Below are positions 1 through 11,700 of a stretch of DNA of 64,000 nt, piece after piece. Location: assembly GCA_035547425.1 (NCBI GenBank), contig DASZUU010000050.1, forward strand, positions 26,645-90,644. The letters run 5' to 3'. The position numbers and the translations under genes are program-made. The notes under the pieces were generated by a model. That model was given only the letters and a program-made list of their open reading frames with translations, made no database searches and was not told where the DNA came from. How positions within the stretch are numbered: the first letter of the stretch is position 1; each line of letters opens with the position of its first letter. This DNA is from Alloacidobacterium sp. GTDB lineage: Bacteria > Acidobacteriota > Terriglobia > Terriglobales > Acidobacteriaceae.

Positions 1-444
1 ACGATGGTCTTTTCCTCGCCAAGCGACTGGATAAGTTGGATAGAGCTCTCGCGGCCTACAGTGAGCGGAAGAACGGCGTGCGGGAACAGAACTGTGTCCC
101 GCACCGGGAGAACGGATAGAACCCGCCCTTCCGGGCGATCTTCGCGCTGTCTTGGGTCGCTCGGATGAATGACGCTGAGAAAGTCGCTAGCCATGAGTGC
201 CTTCTTATCAGATTATATGATCTGAATGCAATTAATCTAACTATTTGATTCCATACATGCCAGAAAGTCGCAAAACCGATAGACCAGCTTACAAGATTGA
301 TAAATAAGCACTTAAATCAAACCCTTTCTGTTTGCCCAATTGTTGCGCCTATTTACTCTTTTGGATGCAGATACGCAGCCCGGGCATACAGGTTCCTCAC
401 CAGCTTTTCATCGGCGCCGTCGCGACAGAGTTGATATGAAGAAG

Positions 445-1311
445 CTAGGGTGTAGGACGCTGGGCGGCCCGGTAACGCCCTAATTCTTTCACCATGGAAC
501 AGTGCCGGCGAAGCAATTCCAGGGGAACATCGGCTCGGGTCTGCGGAGCAAGCTGGTAGTCGGCGTAAAAAACATATTGCCAGGGCTGGCCTTGTACCGG
601 GCGCGATTCGATCTTGGTAAGGTTGGTTCCCTGCCCGGCAAAGACTTCCAGGGCGGCCACCAGCGTCCCGGGCCGGTTTTCCACGGTAAAGGCGAGGCTC
701 ACTTTGTCGGCTTCCGGGTTTACGGAGACGTCCCGGCGGCGGCGAATGTGAAAGAAGCGGGTGTAGTTCTCAGGATTGTCTTCGATACCGGCGGCGAGGA
801 TTTCTCCCCGGTAATAGGCAGCGGCGCGAGCGCTGGCAATCGCCGCATACGCGGGCTTTGCCAGCTCCATAATGTGCTTGACGCTGCCGGCAGTGTCATA
901 GAAAGGAACAGCTTCTGCCCGGGGGTGCTCTAAGAAAAAACGACGGCACTGCGCCAGGGCCACGGGATGCGAATGAATACGCTCAATTTGTTCCAGGGAT
1001 GTACCGGGAATAGCGATCAGGTTATGCCGGATCCGAAGGAGCGTTTCACTTTCGATGGCCACATCGTGGCTCAACAGCAGGTCATAGTGTTCAACGACGG
1101 AACCGGCGAGGCTGTTTTCTATCGGGATGACAGCAGAATCGACTTCACCGCTGGAGAGCGCGCAAAAAACATCGGCGGAAAGCGAGCACGGCAGAATGGT
1201 TGCCTGCGGAAACAGATTGGATGCTGCCTCATGGCTGAATGAGCCGGGTTCCCCTTGTATTGCCACCTGCATTTGCTGCTTTTCCTCCAAAGGTTTCTGG
1301 TTCGACGGCAA
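445..1311 (-). CDS. pheA: Prephenate dehydratase
   Basis: VAIQGEPGSFS, PIENS, HSHPVALAQC and DNPENYTRF motifs plus a C-terminal ACT domain (LTKIESRP). The true start may be the later Met (MQVAIQ). Confidence 0.95.
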   Translation of the reverse strand: MPSNQKPLEEKQQMQVAIQGEPGSFSHEAASNLFPQATILPCSLSADVFCALSSGEVDSAVIPIENSLAGSVVEHYDLLLSHDVAIESETLLRIRHNLIAIPGTSLEQIERIHSHPVALAQCRRFFLEHPRAEAVPFYDTAGSVKHIMELAKPAYAAIASARAAAYYRGEILAAGIEDNPENYTRFFHIRRRRDVSVNPEADKVSLAFTVENRPGTLVAALEVFAGQGTNLTKIESRPVQGQPWQYVFYADYQLAPQTRADVPLELLRRHCSMVKELGRYRAAQRPTP

Positions 1312-1388
1312 CCCAAAAGGCCATCAAGCGCAACATATCACACCGTAAGCCAATTCAGGCTGCAGGCAACGAGATAAGGAGAACGCGG

Positions 1389-1541
1389 ATGCTTTGGACA
1401 ATTTTTGTAATTCTTCTGGTGTTGTGGCTGGTGGGTCTGGTGAGTTTCCATGCGATAGGCTGGTATATCCACATCCTGCTGGTCCTCGCACTGGTCGTAT
1501 TGCTGATCCAGCTTATCAGCGGCAGGCGGCCGGTAGTTTAA
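1389..1541 (+). CDS. Small membrane protein, lmo0937/DUF5670-like (50 aa)
   Basis: MLWTIFVILLVLWLVGLVSFHAIGWYIHILLVLALVVLLIQLISGRRPVV, with AAGGAG SD upstream of ATG 1389. The ORF track starts it too early. Confidence 0.85.
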   Translation: MLWTIFVILLVLWLVGLVSFHAIGWYIHILLVLALVVLLIQLISGRRPVV

Positions 1542-1613
1542 GCCGTAGTGTGTAACTTCCATCCAAGCCGGTTTCGGTCTATATAGCTGAAACCGGTTTC
1601 AAAAGAGGCTTTT

Positions 1614-1910
1614 ATGAATAAGGACCAAGTGAGCGGAAAATTGGATCAGGCCGCCGGAAAAGTGAAGGAGAAAGTTGGCGGAGCCGTAGGAAACCAGCGC
1701 CTGGCAAATGAAGGATTAGCCGATCAAATAAAGGGCGCCGCGAAAGAAACGTGGGGGAACGCAAAAGATGTAGCCCACGACAATGCTGAGGCAGAACGAA
1801 GAGAATCGGAAGCGCATGCAAATGACACCCGAGACCGCATCTCGAACAAGGTGCAGGATATGAAAGAACGGGTAAACGAAAAGATCGAGCAGCATCGACG
1901 GCCTGCCTAG
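1614..1910 (+). CDS. CsbD family stress protein
   Basis: MNKDQVSGKLDQAAGKVKEKVG...EGLADQIKG pattern; AAGAGG SD. Confidence 0.9.
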   Translation: MNKDQVSGKLDQAAGKVKEKVGGAVGNQRLANEGLADQIKGAAKETWGNAKDVAHDNAEAERRESEAHANDTRDRISNKVQDMKERVNEKIEQHRRPA

Positions 1911-1920
1911 CTTCTAAACA

Positions 1921-1948
1921 AAAAAGCCCCGCCTGTCGGGGCTTTTTT
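1921..1948. terminator. Bidirectional intrinsic terminator
   Basis: aaaaagcccc-gcctgtc-ggggcttttt between convergent csbD and ubiA-like genes. Confidence 0.85.
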
Positions 1949-2810
1949 ATCGGCTGACGAGCAAAGCGGCGGCCATGAAAATGAAAAAAACGACAGAGAT
2001 GATGCCGTTCATGGTGAAGAATGCGGCATTGAGGCGGCGCAGGTCCGTTGGGGAAACGATGGAGTGCTCATAGAGCAGCAGAGCCGCGACGATGGCAATG
2101 CCCACTAGGGCAACGGGGCCAAGCGAAAACAGGTGAACCAGCCAAAGCAGCAGCCCCAGCATGATAAGGTGCATCGTTCGCGTGGCCCAGAAAGCGCCGC
2201 GAATTCCGATAGCGGACGGGATGCTGTTCAGCCCATGCGCACGGTCATGCTGGGCGTCCTGGCAGGCATAGAGCACATCGAACCCCGCCACCCAGAAAAG
2301 CACTGCGGCGGTAAGCACGAGGATCCGCGCGTCCAGCGACCCGCGGATGGCGATCCATGCAGCGCTGGGAGCGATGCCCAGGGAAAGTCCGAGAACCAGG
2401 TGCGACCAGCGGGTAAACCGCTTGGTGTAGGAATACAGCAGAATGATGGCCAGCGCTACAGGTGAAAGCCAGAGAGCCAGGCGATTCAGTTGCGCTGCCG
2501 CCAGGATAAACACCAGCGACATGAAAATAGTGAAGGCCGCGACAAAACCGCGCGAAAGATGACCGGCGGGGATGGCACGCATCTGCGTGCGCGGGTTCGC
2601 AGCATCCAGGTCGGCATCTGCCCAGCGGTTAAATGCCATGGCGGCGGACCGGGCTGTCACCATGCAAACGATAATCCATACAAGCTGCATGGGGTGCGGC
2701 CAGCCATGCGCGGCAAGCATAGCTCCGGTCAAAGCAAAAGGCAGAGCAAAAATCGAATGCTCCCACTTGATCATTTCAAGAGTCGTACCAACGCTGCGCA
2801 ACAATGACAT
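1947..2810 (-). CDS. ubiA: UbiA family prenyltransferase (4-hydroxybenzoate/menaquinone-type)
   Basis: MIKWEHSIFALPFA, FNRWADADLDAANPRT and DVLYACQD Asp-rich motifs; multi-TM. Confidence 0.9.
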   Translation of the reverse strand: MSLLRSVGTTLEMIKWEHSIFALPFALTGAMLAAHGWPHPMQLVWIIVCMVTARSAAMAFNRWADADLDAANPRTQMRAIPAGHLSRGFVAAFTIFMSLVFILAAAQLNRLALWLSPVALAIILLYSYTKRFTRWSHLVLGLSLGIAPSAAWIAIRGSLDARILVLTAAVLFWVAGFDVLYACQDAQHDRAHGLNSIPSAIGIRGAFWATRTMHLIMLGLLLWLVHLFSLGPVALVGIAIVAALLLYEHSIVSPTDLRRLNAAFFTMNGIISVVFFIFMAAALLVSR

Positions 2811-2852
2811 TCTTTATAAAAGCTCCCTCGTATAGTTTAAGGCAAAACAAAA

Positions 2853-2880
2853 GCGGCCTCGCCGCGATGGACGAGGCCGC
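2853..2880 (-). terminator. Intrinsic terminator after the BON gene
   Basis: 9-bp stem gcggcctcg/cgaggccgc followed by a T-rich tract on the minus strand. Confidence 0.65.
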
Positions 2881-2898
2881 CAATTGCGCCGCGCAAAG

Positions 2899-3690
2899 TT
2901 ATTTCTTTTCGGGCTGATTGGCTACTACAAGATTGTTGGTGACATGGAAGACGCCCGGGACAGAGTTTGCGCGAATGCCGGCGGCATCCTTGTCTCCCTG
3001 GTTATCGACTACGCCATAGAGCGTCACATTCCCGTTCTGCACCGAGATGCGGATCGGCTTGCCGGGATCGATAGCATATTTGTTCAAGCTGGGGAAGCCA
3101 TAAACCGAGCGAAATACAGCGATGCGTATGCGATCATCCATCGGCGAAACAGGGTCGACCTGAATGTCGTTGACGACATCCTTGACGCCCTTGGTGTTGG
3201 CAGCCACGGCAGCAGCCGAATCGGCATCTACCGGGCCATAGGCGTGACCGCCCAGGGTGACCACGCCATTCTGCACCTGAACAGAAATCGCATTGAAGGC
3301 AGTGGTTCCATAGCCAACGCGATCATACTCGATGGCTTTGAGCAGCTTGTTCTGAAGCTCCGCGTCCGAAACTTCAGGACCGGCAACTTCGATTTCGTTT
3401 TCAACGCCCTTCACATTCTTGATGCGGTGAACCCGCTTATCAACGTCAACCTTCTGGTCATAGACGTCAACTGTACCGGTAAGGGTGACAATTGAGTTGG
3501 AAACCGAAGCCTTTACGTTCTTAAACTGCGATTTATTCAGCGCTTTGTTCTGAACGTCCGCAAGAATTTGATTGTCTTTACCCGCATCCTGGGCTACTGC
3601 CGTCATGGAGCGAGGAGCAATCGTAGAAGGCGAAATCGCCAATAAAACTAATGCCAAAACGGGACCCAGACTGCGCGTTACATGCTTCAT
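2899..3690 (-). CDS. Secreted multi-BON domain protein
   Basis: Signal peptide (MKHVTRSLGPVLALVLLA) and three repeats of the VTLxG...GVxxVxNxL BON pattern; GGAG SD before ATG 3690. Confidence 0.88.
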   Translation of the reverse strand: MKHVTRSLGPVLALVLLAISPSTIAPRSMTAVAQDAGKDNQILADVQNKALNKSQFKNVKASVSNSIVTLTGTVDVYDQKVDVDKRVHRIKNVKGVENEIEVAGPEVSDAELQNKLLKAIEYDRVGYGTTAFNAISVQVQNGVVTLGGHAYGPVDADSAAAVAANTKGVKDVVNDIQVDPVSPMDDRIRIAVFRSVYGFPSLNKYAIDPGKPIRISVQNGNVTLYGVVDNQGDKDAAGIRANSVPGVFHVTNNLVVANQPEKK

Positions 3691-3828
3691 GTTTTGCTCT
3701 CCTGGCTCCTGCGTGGGTTTTACAACTACATGGTCGTCAGGCAGCCCTCTGTAGTGTTCGGACACATTTTACTCAAAATTGGTTGCGGGATCGTTGCAAA
3801 TTTGTGTAGCCGGCGACGAATGGCGTTC

Positions 3829-6800
3829 CTAGCGGTAACGACGGTGCACTTTGAACATCATGCTGAATACGCCGGACTCGTCGCGTACCGCCAAAACGGA
3901 GACAGTGGGCGTGACATTGATCTCTGCCTGGATCAATTGCTGCGCGGTAGAGTTGATATTGGTGGCGTAGGTCAGGGTTGCGTTTTGCGAAACCTGCTGC
4001 GCAACCGTAATGCGAGCCGTCGAGTTGCCCACCGAGCCGACCCAGGATGGGTCGATCTTTACGCTGCCGCCGCCAAAGAGCTTCTGGATGCGGCTGCTGA
4101 TGGTGGCATTGAGCGCGCCGCCGAGCAGGGCGTCCGCCGCGGTATTCACCCCGGCTTGCTGCGCCTGCATGGAATAAATCTGCTGCTCTTCCTGCGTGCG
4201 CCCCATGGCAAGCAGCGAGAAGATATCCTGCTGCGAGAGCGGCGGCTCGGAGCGGAAGGTGGGGGAAAGATTATCCGGCGTTCCATGCAATCCAATGGTG
4301 ATGTCGTAATCTTCCACACGCGCGGTTGCATCTAGATCGATGGTCGGCTCGATTTTGACCGGATTACTGAAATAGATGTCCCCGTGCTGGAGCTGATATT
4401 TCGTCCCCGCAAAGGTCGCGCTTCCCTCGGTTACAGTGATGTGCCCAAGAACGGAAGGCTGCGCCACGGTTCCGCGCACGCGCAGGTCCACATCGCCGGC
4501 CAGCTTTGCGAATGAATTCTGGAAGTCGAGCTCCGGCGATGAGGTCACATGGATATCGAGCCGAACGTGGCTTGAGAACGCGTTTGGATCGGGAGGCGGC
4601 GTCACGCCGCTCGATGGGCCGCTGAAGCTGGCGAAATCGAGGTTCGGACTTATTGTGAAGCGAGTCAGAAGCACACTTCCGCCCAACAGCAGATTGTCCT
4701 GAGTTCCTTGCAGGCGCAGCTTCGTATTGATCATGGAACTGATGCCGGTCGGGTATCGAATGCGTATATCGTTGCCGGTTACAGTCAGATCGGTATAGAT
4801 GCCCTGCTGATAGGTCACGTATCCGGTAACACTCACGCGGCCGCCGCCGGTTGTCCCGGTAAGGCTGGTTACCTGCAGCTTGTCCTGATTAAACGTAAGA
4901 GTGCCGTTCAATTGGCTGAGGCCGTTGGGAAAGTTTTCCATGCTGACGCCAACGTTTGCCAGTTTTACCTGCCCGGTAAGGTCAGGGCGCTCAAACGTGC
5001 CTCCGGCATCCATGCTGAATGTCATCTGGCCGGAAGACGTCACATTGGGATTGAGCGTTTGCAGAAGCTTCAGATTGACGGAGCCCTGCGTTTTTACATC
5101 CATCCGGTGATTGGTGCGAAATACTCCGAGCTGTCCCTGCGCGCGTAGATCGGTATCGTCGCCCACGATGTGTAGAGGATCGAGCGAGAGAATGCCGTTG
5201 CTCAATTGAGCATGCAATGGGCCTTCGCTCTTAAGCGGCACATTGGCAAGCGCTACGGAGAACTGGCTGATCTGTGCATCGCCTTTCAGCAGGCGCGGCG
5301 TCCGCAAAGGACCGCTGACGGTAACGACGCCCGCAATCGAGGAATGTCCCTTGACCCCCTGCACCTGGAACATTTCTAGAAATGAATCGATATCGAGATT
5401 TGCGAGCGTAGCCCGCGCTGTCGCTGTATAGTCTCCGCTGAGCGCGGTCTGCCCATTGATCTGTACAGAAGCAGAACCTAAACGCCCATTCGCCGCAAAA
5501 AGCAATTGCTGCCGATCCGTATGCGCTTCGAGATCGAAGGTTCCATTTTGCTGCGGCCCGACGATGATTTTGGTCAGGTGCGCGTTTGCCTGCAGATTGG
5601 GATTGTCGACGGTGCCGGAACCTTTCGCAGAAAAGGCTAGCTGTCCGCTGATGGGATACTTCGCGCTCTTGAAGTGCTCGAAATGGCTCAGGTCAAATCC
5701 TCTGCCTTCTGCTTCAAAATGGAATTGCTTCGAGCGGATGCCGTATCCTCCATCTCCGGTAACCTGCCCGCCATTCTGCAGAAGAGTAAGCTTCGACACG
5801 CCGATCTCATCGCCGGCAAACTTCAGGTCTGCATTGAGGCTGCGGTAATGCTCGCCATAGGCATCTCCGCCCTGAACGGCAAGGTGTCCGCCGCCGTTGA
5901 GATTGTTAAGCTGGCCTCCGGCATGCGCGTTCAGGTTTACGGTGCCGGTTACCGGAAAATTCTGGCTCGCCATAATGAGAACGTCGCTGAGTTGCGCGTC
6001 TTTTACCTGCACGTCTGCGTTTATGGTGGATTGATCGTCGAAGGCATTGCGCCGCGCCGAAATCGCATGGGCATGCACCTGGCCTGAGGCGTGAATGGAT
6101 GTCTTGCCGCGTGTCAGAGTGGCGTTCTGAACCGCGATGAGCCGTGCCGAGTATTCGGCATCCGCTTCCAGCGAATCCCAGTGAATCGTCTGCGCTGCCG
6201 GAGCAGCCGGAGGATTTGCAGGCGCATGAACCGCCGGACTTGCAGGCGCTGCGGAGGTTGCCGATTGCGGCAGGATGACATCGAAATTGTTGGCAACCAG
6301 ATGCCCTTTCACATCGGGATCAGGCAGGCTGCCGCTTACAATTCCGTGAAACTGCGCCTGTCCTTGAAGATGAATCGGCAGCGCCTGCACGCCCTTCTTT
6401 CCGTTGGAAGAAACACCGAGAGCGGCGAGGGCCTCATCGAATTCGCCGAGGTTTGTTGTTTGCAGATCAGCCTGCAGCGTAGACGGGCGGCTGATGGGAT
6501 AGACTCCCAGCCCTCCGGAAACTTCAATTTGCGAAGCCGGTGTTTGCGCCTGCAATTGCTTGATCTGCACGCTGCCGTTCTTCTGAAAATAGGTTGCGTC
6601 GAGAAAGCCGGAGAGCGGCACTTCGTTTGCCGGCGCGGGCATGGCTGGCGTGAGCGTGACGCTGGCGCGCGCGGCCAGGTCGGATGCGTTGCCCGTCCAG
6701 CTCACGCTCGCGCTGCCGGATGCCACTGTGTCAAAGCCTAGCTCGTCAAATTGGCGCGGCGCAACCATGGACATGACAGTGCGCATGGTGATGCCTCGGA

Positions 6801-7968
6801 TCTTTGCATCGATGGAACCGCGCCTGACCAGCGCCACCGACGGCTGCGCAAGATTCATGCCCAGCCAGTTTGCGATGCGCATCTCCGCATCGACACTGCC
6901 CCCGCGCCGGATGCGCGCGCGTACTTTCGACAGCACAAGGTCTGACTGGTTGGCCTGCAGTTGCGTATCGACATCGACGCCCTGAATGAAGACTGTGCCG
7001 ACATGATAAGCGGCGTCTACAACGCCGGCTGTGCCGTCAATGGAAAATAGTGTCTTCGTTCCCTGTCCTTTCAGATCAAGACTGGCGATGCCCCTGTCCA
7101 CGCCGTCAATGGGCACCAGCGCCATGACTTCGCGAACATCCACCTTGCCCTGCGCGGCGAGATTCCACTGTGGATTGGAAAAGTCCTGCACCGATGCGCT
7201 GGCCTTGAGGGTTGACTCGCCCGTTTGAAGCTGCATCTGCGTCAGGTTTAATGTATTGCGGCCCATGTCGACCGATAGATCGAGCTTTGATTGGATCGGG
7301 GCCAGCCTGCCGCGCTGCGCGGTCACGTCAGCTGCGTGCAGCGTTGCCCGGTAATGATCGTTCTGCGGCGCATAGGTAACGACCACCCCCAGATCGTTCG
7401 CCGCCAGATTGAACGGAGTGGCGCGTTGGTTGATAAGCGCCACGCCGTCCCGGATTTCTGTCCTGCCTACCTGGAGATCGAAAATCGTGTCCTTGATGGG
7501 CTTGCCCGTCTGCTTTGTTTTCGGCACCGGCTGGTTGGTTGAGCCATCGGGATACACAATGATGTGAATCACCGGACGATCGGCTTCCAGGTAATTCAGA
7601 TCGATCCTGGGGTGGACAAAGGAAAGAATTTTGACCCGCACATAAATACGATCCACATGGGCATAAGGCACTTCATTGGGAGCTTCGAGGCCATGAATGG
7701 TCAGGCCATCGGCCTCGAAGGCAAGATGGCGGAGCGACCACTGGAAGGCGCGCAACTCCACTCTTCCGCCGGTTGCCTGTTCCATGGTTGCGATCAGCTT
7801 TTGGCGCACCAGGTTCTCAAACTCCGGCGTTGAAGCGTACCAGGCGATTCCGCCAATCAGGAGCAGCAAAATGACAAAGACGACAGCCAGCACGCGCAGC
7901 CAGACGCGCTTCCGCGGCTGCGGAGCAGGCGAAGCCGCGGGCGGCGGAGATAACGACAGCGAGCTCAT
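3829..7968 (-). CDS. tamB: Translocation and assembly module TamB
   Basis: 1379 aa, N-terminal TM anchor, beta-rich body, C-terminal DUF490-like region (LSPTFRSEPPLSQQDIFSLL). Confidence 0.88.
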   Translation of the reverse strand: MSSLSLSPPPAASPAPQPRKRVWLRVLAVVFVILLLLIGGIAWYASTPEFENLVRQKLIATMEQATGGRVELRAFQWSLRHLAFEADGLTIHGLEAPNEVPYAHVDRIYVRVKILSFVHPRIDLNYLEADRPVIHIIVYPDGSTNQPVPKTKQTGKPIKDTIFDLQVGRTEIRDGVALINQRATPFNLAANDLGVVVTYAPQNDHYRATLHAADVTAQRGRLAPIQSKLDLSVDMGRNTLNLTQMQLQTGESTLKASASVQDFSNPQWNLAAQGKVDVREVMALVPIDGVDRGIASLDLKGQGTKTLFSIDGTAGVVDAAYHVGTVFIQGVDVDTQLQANQSDLVLSKVRARIRRGGSVDAEMRIANWLGMNLAQPSVALVRRGSIDAKIRGITMRTVMSMVAPRQFDELGFDTVASGSASVSWTGNASDLAARASVTLTPAMPAPANEVPLSGFLDATYFQKNGSVQIKQLQAQTPASQIEVSGGLGVYPISRPSTLQADLQTTNLGEFDEALAALGVSSNGKKGVQALPIHLQGQAQFHGIVSGSLPDPDVKGHLVANNFDVILPQSATSAAPASPAVHAPANPPAAPAAQTIHWDSLEADAEYSARLIAVQNATLTRGKTSIHASGQVHAHAISARRNAFDDQSTINADVQVKDAQLSDVLIMASQNFPVTGTVNLNAHAGGQLNNLNGGGHLAVQGGDAYGEHYRSLNADLKFAGDEIGVSKLTLLQNGGQVTGDGGYGIRSKQFHFEAEGRGFDLSHFEHFKSAKYPISGQLAFSAKGSGTVDNPNLQANAHLTKIIVGPQQNGTFDLEAHTDRQQLLFAANGRLGSASVQINGQTALSGDYTATARATLANLDIDSFLEMFQVQGVKGHSSIAGVVTVSGPLRTPRLLKGDAQISQFSVALANVPLKSEGPLHAQLSNGILSLDPLHIVGDDTDLRAQGQLGVFRTNHRMDVKTQGSVNLKLLQTLNPNVTSSGQMTFSMDAGGTFERPDLTGQVKLANVGVSMENFPNGLSQLNGTLTFNQDKLQVTSLTGTTGGGRVSVTGYVTYQQGIYTDLTVTGNDIRIRYPTGISSMINTKLRLQGTQDNLLLGGSVLLTRFTISPNLDFASFSGPSSGVTPPPDPNAFSSHVRLDIHVTSSPELDFQNSFAKLAGDVDLRVRGTVAQPSVLGHITVTEGSATFAGTKYQLQHGDIYFSNPVKIEPTIDLDATARVEDYDITIGLHGTPDNLSPTFRSEPPLSQQDIFSLLAMGRTQEEQQIYSMQAQQAGVNTAADALLGGALNATISSRIQKLFGGGSVKIDPSWVGSVGNSTARITVAQQVSQNATLTYATNINSTAQQLIQAEINVTPTVSVLAVRDESGVFSMMFKVHRRYR

Positions 7969-8738
7969 GCGCCTCCTCCCTCATCGTCGTCATTGGAATT
8001 GCTGCTCTGGCCGTAGCGGGAATCAAGTATCTGCACGCTGCCCTGTTCCCGCAGGCTCTGCAACCAATCGCGCAGCATCCCATTGACCTGCTGCTGCAGC
8101 AGGATTTCGCGAATGCGCGGCGACACGCTCTCAAGCGTGGGAGGCTTTTGTTTTTGCTTTTGAAAGGCAGGAACGACGGTCTCTTCGTAATATTTCTGAA
8201 TATCCTGCCGCGAGATGCGAATGCTGGTGCCGAAACGCAGATCGATGAATTTCAAAATCTCCAGCCGCTGGCGCCAACGATCTTCCACTTCCTGCTCGGT
8301 TAATTCATGGGTATGCAGGAATGTGTTCCAGCCTTCATCCGTTTCGCAATGAAACTGCTTGCAGGCAGGCAGTTGTTTGCGCAAGTCGGCAAGAGATTTG
8401 CGGAGTTCATCATCCGTCACCTGGTATTTGATCTGCTGCTGATCTTTCATTTGCCGCAGGATGAGCGCGCGGGAGATGATCCGCCGCGCAGCGCGCACAT
8501 CGCTGTTCCGCTCAGCGGGAAGGCTGATGGACTGCAGCACCGCCATACGAAGTTCCTCGCGAATATCGCTTTCGAGCACCACTTCGCCGTTCACAATTGC
8601 GATGACACGATCGAGTACGATCGGCTTGCTCCCCGTATCGACGGCGGACGGCGCCTGCTGCGCGATGGCGCCGGCGCACAAGGCCCATGCCAGCACGGCC
8701 AGCGCGAGATACCGTCGAAATGGCGCGAAGAGCATCAT
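7965..8738 (-). CDS. SurA N-terminal domain chaperone
   Basis: Signal peptide, LDRVIAIVNGEVVLESD motif; overlaps both neighbours. Confidence 0.8.
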   Translation of the reverse strand: MMLFAPFRRYLALAVLAWALCAGAIAQQAPSAVDTGSKPIVLDRVIAIVNGEVVLESDIREELRMAVLQSISLPAERNSDVRAARRIISRALILRQMKDQQQIKYQVTDDELRKSLADLRKQLPACKQFHCETDEGWNTFLHTHELTEQEVEDRWRQRLEILKFIDLRFGTSIRISRQDIQKYYEETVVPAFQKQKQKPPTLESVSPRIREILLQQQVNGMLRDWLQSLREQGSVQILDSRYGQSSNSNDDDEGGGA

Positions 8739-11700
8739 CAGAATGCCTGTCCAATGCTGAAGAAAAAGTTAAAGTGTCCCGCCTGGCCGACATGCGGATT
8801 CTCTGTCGGATTTGTCGGGTTCGAATAATCGAAGATCACCGGATAAATCGGCGGATTCAGGTTGTAGCTGAAGTCAAGGCGCAGAGGCCCAATCGGCGTG
8901 TGATAACGCGCGCCGATGCCGACGGCATGAGAAAAATAATCGAAGCTGCAGGTTCCCGCGCCGCCCGTGCTCGAGCGTTGATGCGGCACCTCCTGATCGG
9001 CTGGATTCAGGTCTTTGCACGTGTCCCGATGCGGCTGCCGAACCCGGATAAAGCTTGGCCAGATCGAGGAAGCATTCTCAAAAACGTTGCCCATATCGTG
9101 AAAGAGGACAAAGCCAAGACTGTTGCCAACGTACGGCAAAACAGGATTGGGCATGCGCAGTTCCGTACTATTGATGAATGCTCCGGCGCCCCCGATAGGG
9201 AATCCCGTCTCTGAATCGCGCGGCCCGGCGCCGTTAATGCCGAAGCCGCGATGCGATTGCGCGCCGCCCGCATAGAGGCGTTCCGGCAGTGGAATCAGTT
9301 TTGCATCGCCCTCGCCATAAGAGCGCTCGGATGCGATCCGCGTGCTCCGAGCCAGCACCCAGTTCTTCATCTCGCCAAACCGGTAATAGCTCGCGTTCGT
9401 TCCGTCGATACGATTGAAATTTGCCTGGGAGCCGAAGTGTGAATCGGCCCACGATTCCTGAACGGTGTTATAAGTGCCGCTGGTCGCATCCAGCGGCGTC
9501 GGCGTCCGCGTATCGCGTATCCACGTAATGCCGGGGCCGCCGACGCGCACAGGCTGCGAAACCAGCGGAATTTCATCGGGCGCCACCTGCACCGTATTGG
9601 GGTCGACCTTAACGCGGCGATAGCTGAAGAGATAGATCAATGTATTCGGCTTGTTGACGTGATGCGTCACACGCAATGAGCCTTCCAAACGGGACGATGC
9701 ATAAGTCGTCACGTCCTGCGCATTGGTATAGCCGCCGGAAACAATCGCATCGAACTTGGGATTATCGAAGAGGTGCGGATTAGAAAAGATCAGCTGCACC
9801 CGTTGTTCGAGCGATCCATAAGTGGTGTTGAGAGATACGGATTTGTCCGTGCCTCGCAGGTTAATGCGCGATACGTTGAACAGCACGGCAGGCGTGACTC
9901 CGGTATTGCCGTTCGGATTGCAGTTGTAATCGCTTGGATTAATGCCCAGCTTAATAAGCGCCGTTGGATTCAGGCAGTTGCTCTGCGGGTTTCCCGTCTG
10001 CGCCTGGAAACCGAAGCCGTAACTGAGGTCCCAGCGCCGCGCTTCCGTAAATTGGACAAGAACATTTTTGCGCAGCTCATCGCCCTGGGGATTTTGTATC
10101 GCCGTATTGACCTGGTTAAAAAGCGTCAGGTCATAGAGCTTGCGCTGCGTTTCCAAAAGCGCGGTCTGGTTCAGCGGATCACCTGGATGAATCAGAACCC
10201 GGTCTTCGACAGTACTGGGCCGGGTATAGTGCAGCCCGGAGATCAAAACCCGATTCACGAATATCTGATCCCCTTCCGAAATGTTCATCGTGATATCGAT
10301 CAGGTTAGGGTCTTTCGAGGACGGCTGCTGCACCATGTCTACTGTGGCATTGCTGAATCCATGACTGAGATAGTAGGTCAGGATCGCATCGCGGTCCTGC
10401 GTGACATTCAGCGAAGAATAAGGCTGGCCGGATTGCGTATTCAGCAGCGGAGTCAAGGTGGAAAGCTGTACCTGCTTCTCGCCGTTAATCACATAGGCTC
10501 CGATACGCTGCTGCACGCCTTCTTCGATGACATAATTCACGCTGAGCTCGGCTACCTTGAGCTTTTGTCCGCCTGCGCTGTCCCTGTCTTTTACCTCCGG
10601 CGTAACTTTCACATTGCTGAAGCCGTTGCTCTGATAAAGAGCCGTAATGGAATTCACGTCCGCCTGCGCCAGCGCCTGACTATAGAGCCCGTGGCGATCT
10701 ACGACAGAAGCAGCCTGCACACTCAGCCGCTGCCGTATTAAAGTGCTGTCGAAATACTTGTTTCCCTGCACCGAGACGGCGACGACTTTATGCTTCATCC
10801 CCAGATCAACATGAAAGGTGATCAACGAGTGCTGCGGATCGTTCACTTTTTCTTCATGCGTCACCTTGACATTAAAGTACCCGTCGCGCTGGAAATAGTC
10901 TCGAATGCGCCGGTCCCCTTCATTCAACAGATCTTCATCTACCGTGCCCTCTTCATACACAGGGACAAGATTGCGTATTTTTCCTTTGCTCAAGGAGGCG
11001 CCGTTGACGTTGATCTGAACGATAGGGCCTCGTTGAGCCGAGAAGCCGTAATCCAGGTGATTCACCGGAGGCTGGTAATCGCGGGAATTCAGCTTGAGGC
11101 TCGCTTCCAGGTGGTCCTGCTTCTGATAATTCTTGCGCAGTCGAGAGATGGCGCGGCTTACCGTGTCGCGGTTGACCTTTGAATTCTCCTTCAGCTTCCC
11201 TTTTTTGCGAAACTGCTCGACGGTCATGCCGCTATCGCCCTGCACGGTCACATTGCCGACGCGAGCCTGTTTGCCCTGCTCAATCTGAAAGGCCACATTG
11301 ACCTGCGAGTTGGAATTGTCAATCGTGGTGCTGGCAAAAATTTTGACCTGGTAATAGCCGTTTTCTTCGAGCGTCTGTTGCAGCAGTTTTTGCGCCTGCA
11401 TCAGCTTGTTATCGCTGAAAACTGTTCCGGGATTCATGCGCGTGGAGCGCTCCAGCACGCCGGAGAGTCGCGTGCTCTTGATCCCTTCTACCGTAATGCG
11501 CCCGATGAAAAGATTCTGCACGCCGTTAAAAATAATGGTGACCGCATCGCCGTGGCGCAATCCTTCTACCGAGATTGTTTTGTAAAGGCCTGTTTCGTAA
11601 AGACGGCGCAGGCTTTCCCGCACCTTCATCGGATCGAGCGGCTGATGAGGCTGCAGTGCCAGCTGTTGCGGCAGCGGAGCCAGCCGGTCGGCATCGATGC

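Noticed and set aside
1-119. Open frame running in from the window edge (DGLFLAKRLDKLDRALAAYSERK...*), with a hairpin at 78-104; possibly an integrase C-terminus
   Set aside because: Only 38 codons are visible and there is no diagnostic motif, so it cannot be assigned.
330-444. Possible ncRNA (6S, SRP or ribozyme) downstream of pheA
   Set aside because: No recognisable conserved core or convincing long stem.
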